Notes: generated by a model not told the origin, from the letters alone. Positions 1 to 9,637 are shown, numbered from the stretch's first letter. The stretch: DNA of 64,000 nucleotides from Escherichia coli (GCF_003334385.1 NZ_QOWN01000003.1); one strand, 5' to 3'. Program-made: numbers and translations.

Positions 1-325
1 AACGCGAGGCATCGTCTTAACGAGGCACCGAGGCGTCGCATTCTTCAGATGGTTCAACCCTTAAGTTAGCGCTTATGGGGTTTACCCACGCCTTTCCGTT
101 ATGCATGGGGCGGTCAAATATCTCGGCTACGCTGATGAACACAGTGCAGAGCCTGATCAGGTGATCCTTATCGAAGCGGGGCAGTTTGCGGTGTTCCCTC
201 CAGAAAAGTGGCACAACATTGAAGCCATGACTGACGATACTTATTTCAACATTGACTTCTTCGTGGCTCCTGAAGTCCTGATGGAAGGTGCGCAACAACG
301 GAAAGTCATTCATAACGGGAAATGA
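1..325 (+). CDS. yeaR: YeaR-like DUF1971 protein, 5'-truncated by the window edge
   Basis: Frame is open from the window start to the stop at 323-325; C-terminal peptide ...VKYLGYADEHSAEPDQVILIEAGQFAVFPPEKWHNIEAM...; followed 3 nt later by yoaG as in the yeaR-yoaG operon. Full-length start lies outside the window. Confidence 0.65.
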
Positions 326-328
326 ATC

Positions 329-511
329 ATGGGCAAAGCAACGTATACCGTGACCGTCACCAATAACAGCAATGGCGTTTCTGTCGATTATGAAACAGAG
401 ACGCCGATGACTTTGCTGGTGCCAGAAGTGGCGGCTGAAGTGATAAAAGATCTGGTGAATACCGTACGTTCTTATGACACGGAAAACGAACATGATGTTT
501 GTGGTTGGTAA
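329..511 (+). CDS. yoaG: small protein YoaG (60 aa)
   Basis: 60-aa ORF directly downstream of yeaR on the same strand; size and position match yoaG. Confidence 0.75.
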   Translation: MGKATYTVTVTNNSNGVSVDYETETPMTLLVPEVAAEVIKDLVNTVRSYDTENEHDVCGW

Positions 512-658
512 TTATCACTGATCGTTGATGGCGCAATTTCTGCGCCATCGCAAAAAAAACCTCCGTGATGCTCGTCACAAATCTTGCCCTCCCGATGTTG
601 TGCTATGCTTTTTATCAGCGACTAACCCGCTAATGCAAAACAGATAAGTGAGGAAACA

Positions 659-907
659 ATGGGCATTCTGTCATGGATTATTTTTGGGCTTATTGCCGGT
701 ATTCTGGCGAAGTGGATCATGCCAGGTAAAGATGGAGGTGGATTCTTTATGACTATCCTGCTGGGGATAGTCGGTGCCGTAGTCGGCGGATGGATCAGCA
801 CGCTGTTTGGCTTTGGTAAAGTCGATGGCTTCAATTTTGGCAGCTTCGTGGTTGCCGTTATTGGTGCGATTGTCGTGCTATTTATCTACAGGAAGATTAA
901 AAGTTAA
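659..907 (+). CDS. yeaQ: GlsB/YeaQ/YmgE-family small membrane protein (82 aa)
   Basis: 82-aa ORF, glycine-rich and hydrophobic (MGILSWIIFGLIAGILAKWIMPGKDGGG...); correct synteny. Confidence 0.85.
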   Translation: MGILSWIIFGLIAGILAKWIMPGKDGGGFFMTILLGIVGAVVGGWISTLFGFGKVDGFNFGSFVVAVIGAIVVLFIYRKIKS

Positions 908-921
908 CGCTTAAATTGCAC

Positions 922-955
922 AAAGGCTGCACACAGGCAGCCTTTGCTATTTTTT
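922..955 (+). terminator. rho-independent terminator downstream of yeaQ
   Basis: Stem aaaggctgc (922-930) / gcagccttt (937-945), 6-nt loop, then T-run 949-955. Confidence 0.5.
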
Positions 956-965
956 AGAGGTGACG

Positions 966-1040
966 TTACCACCATCCCAGCTCAGTGCCGAGTACGACAA
1001 TAATCGCCACACCCATCATAATAATCGTTGTTTTTTTCAT
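966..1040 (-). CDS. yoaJ: small hydrophobic protein YoaJ (24 aa)
   Basis: Hand-translated minus-strand ORF ATG(1040)..TAA(966): MKKTTIIMMGVAIIVVLGTELGWW; below the ORF-track cutoff; position between yeaQ and yeaP matches the known small-protein gene. Confidence 0.5.
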   Translation of the reverse strand: MKKTTIIMMGVAIIVVLGTELGWW

Positions 1041-1042
1041 CT

Positions 1043-1141
1043 TTATGCTCCCGGGGCAGCATAGCCGCCAATAAAAAACCATGCTAAAAATACGACCGCT
1101 GTAATGAAGATTACAACCGGAAAAATAATACCGATTCGCAT
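1043..1141 (-). CDS. yoaK: small hydrophobic protein YoaK (32 aa)
   Basis: Hand-translated minus-strand ORF ATG(1141)..TAA(1043): MRIGIIFPVVIFITAVVFLAWFFIGGYAAPGA; single predicted TM helix; adjacent to yoaJ. Confidence 0.5.
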   Translation of the reverse strand: MRIGIIFPVVIFITAVVFLAWFFIGGYAAPGA

Positions 1142-1173
1142 GTTATCACCAATCAAAAGGATGTGAATACGCC

Positions 1174-2199
1174 TCAGGAATGTAGCGCTGGATGCGTGAC
1201 AAAAGGTGTTTTCTGTTTGTGTTTTTTCTCCTGATACATCGCAATATCGGCAGCATGCAGGGCACTGTCTGCATCGGTTGTTTCAGGATCGACTTCTACT
1301 ATGCCAAGACTGGCACCGGGATAATACAAATCAACATCACCTAAGTGATATTCTCCACGTATTTGCTGCTGAATGCGTTCTCGCAGCGACGAAATATCCG
1401 CATTCTCGTTGTTTAGTGAAACAACTAAAAACTCATCACTGCCGAGACGACCAATAACTTCGCCATTTTGCTGGAGCGTATTAAGGCGCTCGCCAACCTG
1501 AATGAGAAACAGATCGCCACTATTATGACCAAAACGATCATTGATTAATTTGAAGTTATCCAGATCGATAAACGCGATCATTATCTTATGGTTAAGATGC
1601 CGGGCGAGGGAAAACAGTGTCGTCAGATTTTCAAAAATCGCCCGCCGATTCGGTAGCCCGGTTAACGAGTCGGTATACGATTGCGCAATCAGCGCAGCAT
1701 TGGCTTCGCGCAGCTGTTCAACCAGTGCCTCTTTTTGAATATATTGTGCAATCAGTCCGGCGAATAACTGTAAAACCTGTTCCGCGCGTTCACTCCACTG
1801 GCGCTTCTCACTGCTGGCGGCGCAAAGCGTGCCATAGAATGATCCATCCGGTAAGTGAATTGGCGTGCTCAGAAATGTGGTGATGCCAAGATTGCGTGCC
1901 GCAATACAGTCACCCCAACGGTCGGGGACTTCATCGCTGAAAAAGCAGTTTTCATCAATGGCGCGTTTGCATAACGAGTAATCCCACGAGACGGTAAAAT
2001 TCTCCGGGATGTACATTTTCTGGCTGTTACGGGCAAACATAATATGCTGCAGGCGCGCTTCGACATCCACTTTGGTCAGGTAGGTTGATTCCATATCAGT
2101 GACCATTTCCAGCATCTCCAGAAGCTGTCGGACCAGACTTTCCAGTGACTGTTCTTTGGCAAGGGATTGCGAGACGCGGGCGATAATCTGATCTGACAC
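1174..2199 (-). CDS. yeaP: GAF-GGDEF diguanylate cyclase (DgcP/YeaP)
   Basis: ORF with GGDEF-domain signature (...GHNSGDLFLIQVGERL...GRLGSDEF...); longest ORF extends to 2328, but the GTG at 2199 gives the 341-aa product (MSDQIIARVSQ...) expected for YeaP. Confidence 0.8.
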   Translation of the reverse strand: MSDQIIARVSQSLAKEQSLESLVRQLLEMLEMVTDMESTYLTKVDVEARLQHIMFARNSQKMYIPENFTVSWDYSLCKRAIDENCFFSDEVPDRWGDCIAARNLGITTFLSTPIHLPDGSFYGTLCAASSEKRQWSERAEQVLQLFAGLIAQYIQKEALVEQLREANAALIAQSYTDSLTGLPNRRAIFENLTTLFSLARHLNHKIMIAFIDLDNFKLINDRFGHNSGDLFLIQVGERLNTLQQNGEVIGRLGSDEFLVVSLNNENADISSLRERIQQQIRGEYHLGDVDLYYPGASLGIVEVDPETTDADSALHAADIAMYQEKKHKQKTPFVTHPALHS

Positions 2200-2381
2200 G
2201 GAACAACTCCAGGATACGGCGGGTAAATGCTGATTATTTAATCTTTGCAGGCATGATAAAACATCATCAACAAAGATGAAACAAGACGTAATATGTTTTG
2301 AGTGAATGTAATAAAAATAGTGCTGCAAAACAAAACGATACCGCGATACTCTAATCTTGGATAAATATGTGAGATCAATAA

Positions 2382-2636
2382 ATGAAAATTATCAGTTTTG
2401 TTCTGCCTTGCTTGCTGGTCCTGGCTGGTTGTTCAACCCCTTCTCAGCCAGAAGCACCTAAACCGCCGCAGATTGGTATGGCAAATCCGGCGTCGGTCTA
2501 TTGCCAGCAGAAGGGCGGGACGCTCATTCCAGTGCAGACAGCGCAAGGGGTCAGCAACAATTGCAAATTACCGGGCGGTGAAACGATTGATGAATGGGCA
2601 TTGTGGCGGCGTGACCATCCGGCTGGTGAAAAATAA
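2382..2636 (+). CDS. yoaF: lipoprotein YoaF (DUF333), 84 aa
   Basis: Signal peptide with lipobox LLVLAGC; 84-aa ORF; synteny. Confidence 0.8.
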   Translation: MKIISFVLPCLLVLAGCSTPSQPEAPKPPQIGMANPASVYCQQKGGTLIPVQTAQGVSNNCKLPGGETIDEWALWRRDHPAGEK

Positions 2637-2657
2637 CCGCCGGATGCTGTACTAAAA

Positions 2658-3005
2658 TCACAAGCTACGTAGCCAGTCGGCCAGCACCAGCGCATGGTTC
2701 TGCGTGGTGTTTTTTGCTGAGTAGAGCAGGGTCAGCGGCTGTTTTTTGGCGATGTCCGCCAGCCGCTTTCCTTCTTGCTCGTGTTGCGCCAGTTCTGCAA
2801 GATATTGCTCGCGAAAGGTTGCATAATCGACGACTTCGCCGTGAAAGGCTTTGCGCAGTTCCGTTGACGGCGTGATTTCTTTATCCCACTCATCAAGGGC
2901 TAAATCGGTTTTTTTGATACCGCGCGGCCAGAGGCGGTCGACCAGTATGCGATAACCATCGCTCTGTTCAGCCGGATCATAAACGCGTTTGCACTGAATA
3001 TTCAT
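2658..3005 (-). CDS. yeaO: DUF488-family protein YeaO (115 aa)
   Basis: ORF 2658..3026; internal ATG at 3005 gives the 115-aa product MNIQCKRVYDPAEQSDGYRILVDRLWPRG... Confidence 0.8.
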   Translation of the reverse strand: MNIQCKRVYDPAEQSDGYRILVDRLWPRGIKKTDLALDEWDKEITPSTELRKAFHGEVVDYATFREQYLAELAQHEQEGKRLADIAKKQPLTLLYSAKNTTQNHALVLADWLRSL

Positions 3006-3059
3006 CGTGTTTGTTCTCCCTTTCACGCATGATTTGTTACGTCACTATAGCACCGGATA

Positions 3060-4241
3060 TTAGCGAATTTCTTTGTCTCTCCCGGCGCAAAGTCCGAAAA
3101 TCGCCATCAGTAGTGAAAGTATGGCAACACCCATAAGTGGTACAGACCAGTTACCGTTAGCATCGTGTATTTTACCCATCAGCGGCGGCCCACAGGCTGC
3201 CAACAAATACCCGACGGATTGTGCCATCCCCGAGAGTGCCGCCGCCTGATGCGCAGAACTAGCCCGCAGACCAATGAACGTCAACCCCAGTATCATTGTT
3301 GCGCCGGAACCAAAACCGAAAAGCAGAGTCCAGGTGATCGCGTGCGCTGGCATAAAGCAGAGCCCAACCGCGCCCACTGCGCACATCAAGGCAACGAACG
3401 CTGCAATACCACGCTGATCTTTCACATGATGTAAGAAAAGTGGGATCAGCAAACCGGGTGCTGCTGTGGCTAGTTGCAGCAAACCATGCAGTGAACCCGC
3501 CTGTGCTTCGCTATAGCCGTGACTGATGAGGATCGCCGGAAGCCAGCCAATAATCACGTAATAGACCAGTGAGTTGATCCCAAGAAACAATGTGACCTGC
3601 CAGGCAAGCGGCGAACGCCAGATACCCCGAGTATGTAAGGCGCGCGAGGTACTCAAATTTGCATGTTGTTGACTTCGCCACTGTGGCAGCCATAAAAAAA
3701 GAGCCAGCAGAGGAAAACACATCAGCATGAGCAACGCGCCTTGCCAGCCAAAACCGTTCAAAGCCAGCGGCACGACCATAGCCGATCCCAGTGCCGCTGC
3801 AGCTCCCATTGTCAGGGAATATGCGCCGGTAAGTCTGGCGACGGAATGAGGGAAATCGCGTTTAATTAATCCTGGCAGTAAGACATTGCCTAATGCAATC
3901 CCACCGCTAATGACCGCTGTACCGCCAAATAATAAGTAAGGCGAAGGGAGAGAGCGAATTGCGATACCAGCACAGATCAAAAGTAACGCGGCAAACAGGC
4001 TACGTTCCATACCAAAACGTCGCGCTACCGGGGCAGCCAAAGGTGAGATTAGCGCAAAGGCCAATAATGGCAGGGTGGTCAATAAGCCGGTTTGCGCTGT
4101 CGTCAGCGAGTAAGCGGAACGAATCGTATCCAGTAACGGTGCTGCGCCGGTAAAGGTGACGCGTAATGTTGTGGCAATCATCAGAATGCCAGCGATAAGG
4201 ACAATCCTGTTTTTGCCGCTTAATGAAGTTGAACAGGTCAT
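3060..4241 (-). CDS. yeaN: MFS transporter YeaN/NimT (2-nitroimidazole exporter)
   Basis: 393-aa polytopic membrane ORF; divergent from the AraC-type regulator yeaM. Confidence 0.85.
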   Translation of the reverse strand: MTCSTSLSGKNRIVLIAGILMIATTLRVTFTGAAPLLDTIRSAYSLTTAQTGLLTTLPLLAFALISPLAAPVARRFGMERSLFAALLLICAGIAIRSLPSPYLLFGGTAVISGGIALGNVLLPGLIKRDFPHSVARLTGAYSLTMGAAAALGSAMVVPLALNGFGWQGALLMLMCFPLLALFLWLPQWRSQQHANLSTSRALHTRGIWRSPLAWQVTLFLGINSLVYYVIIGWLPAILISHGYSEAQAGSLHGLLQLATAAPGLLIPLFLHHVKDQRGIAAFVALMCAVGAVGLCFMPAHAITWTLLFGFGSGATMILGLTFIGLRASSAHQAAALSGMAQSVGYLLAACGPPLMGKIHDANGNWSVPLMGVAILSLLMAIFGLCAGRDKEIR

Positions 4242-4337
4242 ATGCTTCTCATTGTTACAAACGAGGCTGTACCTTACCGTTTTTATTGTTATGTTGAATC
4301 AAGCTAAAATGACAAATTATCGCTAAGTTCGGACAAA

Positions 4338-5159
4338 ATGATGCACAGGTTGAATCTCAATGGCTATGAACCCGACCGACACCATGAAGCCGCGGTCGCA
4401 TTTTGTATTCACGCCGGAACGGATGAGTTAACCAGTCCTGTACATCAGCACCGCAAAGGACAGCTGATACTGGCGCTACATGGTGCAATTACCTGTACGG
4501 TGGAAAATGCTTTGTGGATGGTGCCGCCACAATATGCGGTTTGGATACCGGGCGGGGTGGAACATAGCAATCAAGTAACAGCTAATGCTGAACTCTGTTT
4601 TCTGTTTATCGAACCCAGCGCAGTGACAATGCCGACAACATGTTGCACATTGAAAATATCGCCCTTATGCCGGGAATTAATTTTAACCCTGGCAAACAGG
4701 ACGACGACTCAGCGTGCTGAGCCAATGACCCGCAGATTAATTCAGGTCCTGTTTGATGAACTCCCTCAGCAGCCACAACAACAGCTGCACCTGCCCGTTT
4801 CTTCTCATCCTAAAATCCGCACGATGGTGGAGATGATGGCGAAAGGGCCTGTCGAGTGGGGGGCATTGGGGCAATGGGCTGGCTTTTTTGCGATGAGTGA
4901 ACGCAATCTTGCCCGACTGATAGTAAAAGAGACGGGGTTGAGTTTTCGCCAGTGGCGTCAGCAGTTACAGCTGATTATGGCGCTTCAGGGATTAGTGAAA
5001 GGCGATACTGTACAGAAAGTTGCTCATACGCTGGGGTATGATTCAACAACGGCCTTTATTACTATGTTTAAGAAAGGCCTGGGGCAAACGCCAGGCCGAT
5101 ATATTGCGAGATTAACTACTGTTTCCCCACAATCAGCGAAACCAGACCCGCGGCAATAA
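4338..5159 (+). CDS. yeaM: AraC-family transcriptional regulator YeaM/NimR
   Basis: 273-aa ORF with C-terminal AraC-type HTH (...[27 protein letters not shown]...); divergent from yeaN. Confidence 0.85.
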
Positions 5160-5562
5160 GCGGCCCAACCGGTACGCCGCGAAACAGCGCTACGCCTAAA
5201 ACAGTGCCTACCAGCAGCCCGGCGACCAGTTGCGGCTGGCTGCCCATTAACGTCACGCCGCGCCCACCCAGCCAGGAGACAATCACGCCTACTGCAATCG
5301 CCACCAGTGATTTCCAGTTCAGAAACGAGTGAATCAAGGTTGAGGGCGGTAGCGTCCCGCTGGCGATGGGGGCCATAACGCCAATCGTCAGAATGATTAT
5401 CCCGATACTTAGCCCCTGTTTTTCAATCCACGGAAAAAAGGTGCTTAACGGTGTGACGCGGACAATGATTAACACCAGAATTGAAACGGCGACAGTGGTG
5501 TTATGACTGATAAAGCCCAGCGCAGCTAACCCGAGCAGGATCAGCAAAGTGACATCAAACAT
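5116..5562 (-). CDS. yeaL: UPF0756/DUF441 inner-membrane protein YeaL
   Basis: 148-aa highly hydrophobic ORF; 3' end overlaps the yeaM 3' end convergently. Confidence 0.8.
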
Positions 5563-5731
5563 CGTGGTTTCCTTGCCAAAAAATAATAAGCCTGCTTACT
5601 TTACGCTTGCTGCAGGAAGGAAGTAGAAAATCTTTACGTTTTTTGCATAAAAAATCAGGCGAACTGTCATCAAACTGCCATTTGTGCACGCTAACAATAA
5701 CGTGAAAACAGCTATCTCCCGGGGGCATGCT

Positions 5732-5836
5732 ATGAACGATCAAATGTTTGTCGAGACACTGATTATCACGTCATCGTTTTTTGCCATTGCTGTTGTACTG
5801 GTTTTGTCCGTTCTTCTTATCGAACGGACCGGCTAG
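5732..5836 (+). CDS. yoaI: small membrane protein YoaI (34 aa)
   Basis: Hand-translated ORF ATG 5732..TAG 5834-5836: [34 protein letters not shown]; GGGGG Shine-Dalgarno-like run at 5721-5725; sits between yeaL and yeaK. Confidence 0.5.
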   Translation: MNDQMFVETLIITSSFFAIAVVLVLSVLLIERTG

Positions 5837-6340
5837 TTACGCAGTGCGGCGGAAATTGACCAGTTCTGGTTGCGCAATGCGCAAATAATCCGCGGTTTTC
5901 AAAATAACGGATTTATCCAGCATGCCTGCATTGAAGGCGATTTCATCAAATCGTTCGAAGAGTAGAGGGTCGGCAACCAGTTTGAGTTTTGGATGGAAGC
6001 TGAAAGGGGGGATCGCGCCGAAGACACAGCCTGTGAGTTCATCGACTTCCGCCGGGCTGGCCAACGAAGCGCGTAATCCGCCTATATGGCTGGCGAGTTG
6101 GCTCAGATCGGCCTGTTGATCGGCTGCGAGGATCGCCAGAACATGTTGATTTACGCCATTGCCTTTGACTTTACATACCAGTGCCTTAGCACCCTGGCCT
6201 AGAGCGGTGCCACGAATTTCTGACACCGCTTCACATTTACCTACCGCTTCATGGGTAACGACGCGGAAGTCAGCACCTTCTTGTGATAATAAAGCGATTA
6301 ACCGCTGATGCGTCACGCTTCCTTTAGCCATTTCAGTCAT
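5837..6340 (-). CDS. yeaK: YbaK/ProX-family aminoacyl-tRNA deacylase YeaK
   Basis: 167-aa ORF; synteny. Confidence 0.85.
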   Translation of the reverse strand: MTEMAKGSVTHQRLIALLSQEGADFRVVTHEAVGKCEAVSEIRGTALGQGAKALVCKVKGNGVNQHVLAILAADQQADLSQLASHIGGLRASLASPAEVDELTGCVFGAIPPFSFHPKLKLVADPLLFERFDEIAFNAGMLDKSVILKTADYLRIAQPELVNFRRTA

Positions 6341-6382
6341 TTCACGCTCCTGAGATTACAAGCAAACAACCACAGAAGGTTA

Positions 6383-7873
6383 TCATGAACGGCTGTTTTT
6401 GTTCTGCTTATTGACATATAAACGCTCATCGGAAGCTTTATACGCATCATGTAACGTATCGTTTTCTTTCATCGCGTAAATACCGGAAGAGAAGCCGATC
6501 TCTTTCTGCGGCGCGATATGTTGCAGACGTTTTTCGATACGTTCAGGCAGTTGTGCTGCAATTTGCGGCGTCGAATCGACAAGAATGATGCAGAATTCAT
6601 CGCCACCGAGTCGGATGGCATAATCACTTTTACGAATCGACTGTTTAATCGCCTGAGCTAATAACGTAATCGCTAAATCCCCCTCCTGATGACCGAGGGT
6701 GTCATTTATTTGCTTTAACTTGTCCATGTCAATAGCAATAAACATCACCGAAGAACCGGATTGCACCAGTTTCTGCAACCGCTGCTCCAGTTCAGGGGTT
6801 AAAATTTTGCGATTATACAGTCCAGTCATCGCATCACTAATATTTTCTCGCGACACATTTTGGTATAAACGGAAGTGCATCCGCACCATATTCAGCAAAA
6901 TTAACGCCGTCAAAATCCAGAACAGAACGCTTTTCCACGAAGACGTGATAAAGTAAAGAATATCAATGGATAACGAGACACGAATGCCGCCCGGTAAGTC
7001 ATGGACGTAACTGACATACTGGAACAGATTATCTTCGCTCTGGTTGATGATAATGTCGCGCCCCGAATCGGTATCGGTTAGCGTGACATTGAGAAAACGC
7101 CAGAGGAGAGGGCGGTCATGAGTATAAAAGATATTCCGCAGATTGTTTTTGTTAATATCCAGCAGCACAATCCCTTTTAGCTGCCCTGCGACATATACCG
7201 GCGTCAGCAAACTCATCACGTTCTGTTTAGTACGCTGATCCTGGTAAATGCTCGACAATACGGTACGCCCGGTAAATACCTTTTCAATATCTTTGCGATC
7301 GATGCCAATACTTCCTGACTGCAGGAAGGACCAGTTATTCATCGCAAAGTATTCAACATTAACCGGCTCATAAAAATAGACATAGCGGTCATTGAGATCG
7401 AGATAATAGTGAAATTTCTCTTCGGCCATCCCAAGACCTGAACCGTAATCATCCTGGTGGCGGTTACCTTCCACTGCCTGATCAAAAGCGGGTAATAGTG
7501 CTGCAGCTTCCACAATTGTGTCGCAGTCAGTGGATGCGGTTTGTAGTGTGCCGCGTAAGCCCGGGTATTTATGGGCAGTCAGGTTTAAGCCATGGGTGTT
7601 ATTGGCAGACTCAAAAGCCTCGCAGATGGCGCGCCGCTGTTCTGGCGACACTTCCGACTGCTCAGCAGCGAGAGCGCGCATCACATGCGCGGCAATACTC
7701 TGATTCTGATACTTATCATAAAGAAAGGAGGAGTCTGCTTTCTGCACGATATAGCGCAGATAGGCACTCATTGCTCTGTCGCTGGCGACAAGTTCAAAAA
7801 TAAGGAAGGAAGATGTCAGCACAATGACACTTGCGGCGATAAAATGCCGGAGCATTCTATGGTGCAATTTCAT
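6383..7873 (-). CDS. yeaJ: membrane-anchored GGDEF diguanylate cyclase DgcJ/YeaJ
   Basis: C-terminal GGDEF domain with canonical RLGGDEF; longest ORF starts at 8053, but the ATG at 7873 (MKLHHRMLRHFIAASVIVL...) gives the expected 496-aa product with an N-terminal TM helix. Confidence 0.85.
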   Translation of the reverse strand: MKLHHRMLRHFIAASVIVLTSSFLIFELVASDRAMSAYLRYIVQKADSSFLYDKYQNQSIAAHVMRALAAEQSEVSPEQRRAICEAFESANNTHGLNLTAHKYPGLRGTLQTASTDCDTIVEAAALLPAFDQAVEGNRHQDDYGSGLGMAEEKFHYYLDLNDRYVYFYEPVNVEYFAMNNWSFLQSGSIGIDRKDIEKVFTGRTVLSSIYQDQRTKQNVMSLLTPVYVAGQLKGIVLLDINKNNLRNIFYTHDRPLLWRFLNVTLTDTDSGRDIIINQSEDNLFQYVSYVHDLPGGIRVSLSIDILYFITSSWKSVLFWILTALILLNMVRMHFRLYQNVSRENISDAMTGLYNRKILTPELEQRLQKLVQSGSSVMFIAIDMDKLKQINDTLGHQEGDLAITLLAQAIKQSIRKSDYAIRLGGDEFCIILVDSTPQIAAQLPERIEKRLQHIAPQKEIGFSSGIYAMKENDTLHDAYKASDERLYVNKQNKNSRS

Positions 7874-8053
7874 GATAAATGGCACTCCTTCGGTTAGTGA
7901 AACGAGAAAACCAGATAAAGTTCGATTGCGGCCTGGCACAGGGGCGCTAATTATACTCATCTCTGCGCCGCTGGGGAGGGGAAATTTAGGGGTAATAGTA
8001 ATAAATTGTATGCAAAAGCCACGCAAAAAGCATGGCTCTGAATATTTTTGCAC

Positions 8054-9529
8054 TTAAATATGATGAATAATCACTTTGTTGCCCCCCTCGCTTTTCGCTT
8101 CGCGTAAGGCTTTATCTGCTTCCGTCATGACAAGCGAGATATTACGCGTGTCACCCGTTGAAAAAACCGTGCCAATACTGATGGTCATTTGTTCAGGAAC
8201 ATCATATCTGTTACTAAAGCCGGTCAGGAGTTCGACATTTTTACGCATACGTTCCGCAATGATTTTTGCCTGGGCACTATTGAGTTCGGTAAATAGCAAG
8301 CCAAACACCTCACCCTCCAGTCGCGCTAAAATATCATCGGGGCGGATGCTTTGCTGGATAATATCGACAATTGAAACCAGCACTTTATCACCCACACGAT
8401 GTCCCCATTGGGCATTGATGCGTTTGAACTGATTAATATCAACCAGCATGACACAGAAGTCCTTAACAACAGGTCGCGACAATAATGACTCTACGCTGTT
8501 GAAAAAGTAGCGCCGATTATAAATATTGGTCAGCACATCATGAACTGCCAGTTTGCTGGAGAGTTGCAGCTCCTGAAAAATGTTATAAATCAGAAAAGAC
8601 ACAACAAACAGTTTACTGGAAACTTCAATCCCGCGACTGATATACCAGATAGTATAATTATACTCATCCAGAGTCAGTAGAAGTAAGTTGCAGCATAGCG
8701 ATGCCAGACATAATAATGCTATTAACGGCCATAGTTCGCTGGCTAATCGTGTGCGCATGATAATAAAGAACAGTAAAAATGCCCACAGACAAACCAATAT
8801 TTTTGTATAGTTGATTCCCCAGGTCGCAGTATGGTTGTCCGGACAGTAATCGACGACATACAAAGAATAGTCAGCGTTATAACTGCTCAGATTGTGTGCC
8901 AGAAGGGGAAAAACTAAAAAAGGGATCAGCGCCAGCAACAGGATTCCCGTTTTTTTCTTATTGTTGTCAAGGATGTTGTCTTTTCCATAACAAAAGAGCG
9001 CCAGCGAGGTTAAACAAATAAAACTGAGTTGGCGGAAAATATAGAAAATAGAAACATCATTCGACTTTGTCTGGATCAGTGTACTGCCGTTAATTGGTTT
9101 ATGGATAATTACAATGGTTTCAACTAAATAGATAAGGCCACTTAAAAATGCAAGGCTTAAAATGAGTGTTGGTAAAATTTGTTTGTTAGTGAAATATTTC
9201 ATTAACATGAAAAGAAAAATGACGGCGTTAAGGAAAAACAAAGCCACAACAACCATCAGGTAATTCATCTGTGGGATGAGTTTTACATTTGTGTTTTCGT
9301 TATATAAGGTAGTAATGCAAAATAAAATTAACGTCAGCAATAAACTGAAAATAAAAAAGCTTTGAGCTTTTAATTTTTGTGTACCCATAGAAACCATAAA
9401 AAGGAGAGCAATGTGAGTGCTGGATTTTATTGATGGCAGAGATATATAGTTTTGACCAGGATCAATTTTCGTTAACGATAAAAAATATTTAAAGAATAAC
9501 CCCATGGAAATACGTGTTGACTGAATCAT
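8054..9529 (-). CDS. yeaI: membrane GGDEF-domain protein CdgI/YeaI with degenerate active-site motif
   Basis: 491-aa ORF, multi-TM N-terminus, C-terminal GGDEF domain whose motif reads EGEVF (catalytically degenerate). Confidence 0.85.
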   Translation of the reverse strand: MIQSTRISMGLFFKYFLSLTKIDPGQNYISLPSIKSSTHIALLFMVSMGTQKLKAQSFFIFSLLLTLILFCITTLYNENTNVKLIPQMNYLMVVVALFFLNAVIFLFMLMKYFTNKQILPTLILSLAFLSGLIYLVETIVIIHKPINGSTLIQTKSNDVSIFYIFRQLSFICLTSLALFCYGKDNILDNNKKKTGILLLALIPFLVFPLLAHNLSSYNADYSLYVVDYCPDNHTATWGINYTKILVCLWAFLLFFIIMRTRLASELWPLIALLCLASLCCNLLLLTLDEYNYTIWYISRGIEVSSKLFVVSFLIYNIFQELQLSSKLAVHDVLTNIYNRRYFFNSVESLLSRPVVKDFCVMLVDINQFKRINAQWGHRVGDKVLVSIVDIIQQSIRPDDILARLEGEVFGLLFTELNSAQAKIIAERMRKNVELLTGFSNRYDVPEQMTISIGTVFSTGDTRNISLVMTEADKALREAKSEGGNKVIIHHI

Positions 9530-9637
9530 TTTTCCGAATGATTGTTTTCTGGAACTAAATTATGTAAAGGTTATGCTGTCATATTTAAAGCGATTGTAAG
9601 CTAATGTATGTAATAAATGAGATAATTTACAGTAAGC

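Noticed and set aside
17-493. 158-aa minus-strand ORF spanning yeaR and yoaG
   Set aside because: Antisense to two co-oriented genes with the known yeaR-yoaG operon arrangement; no support beyond being open.
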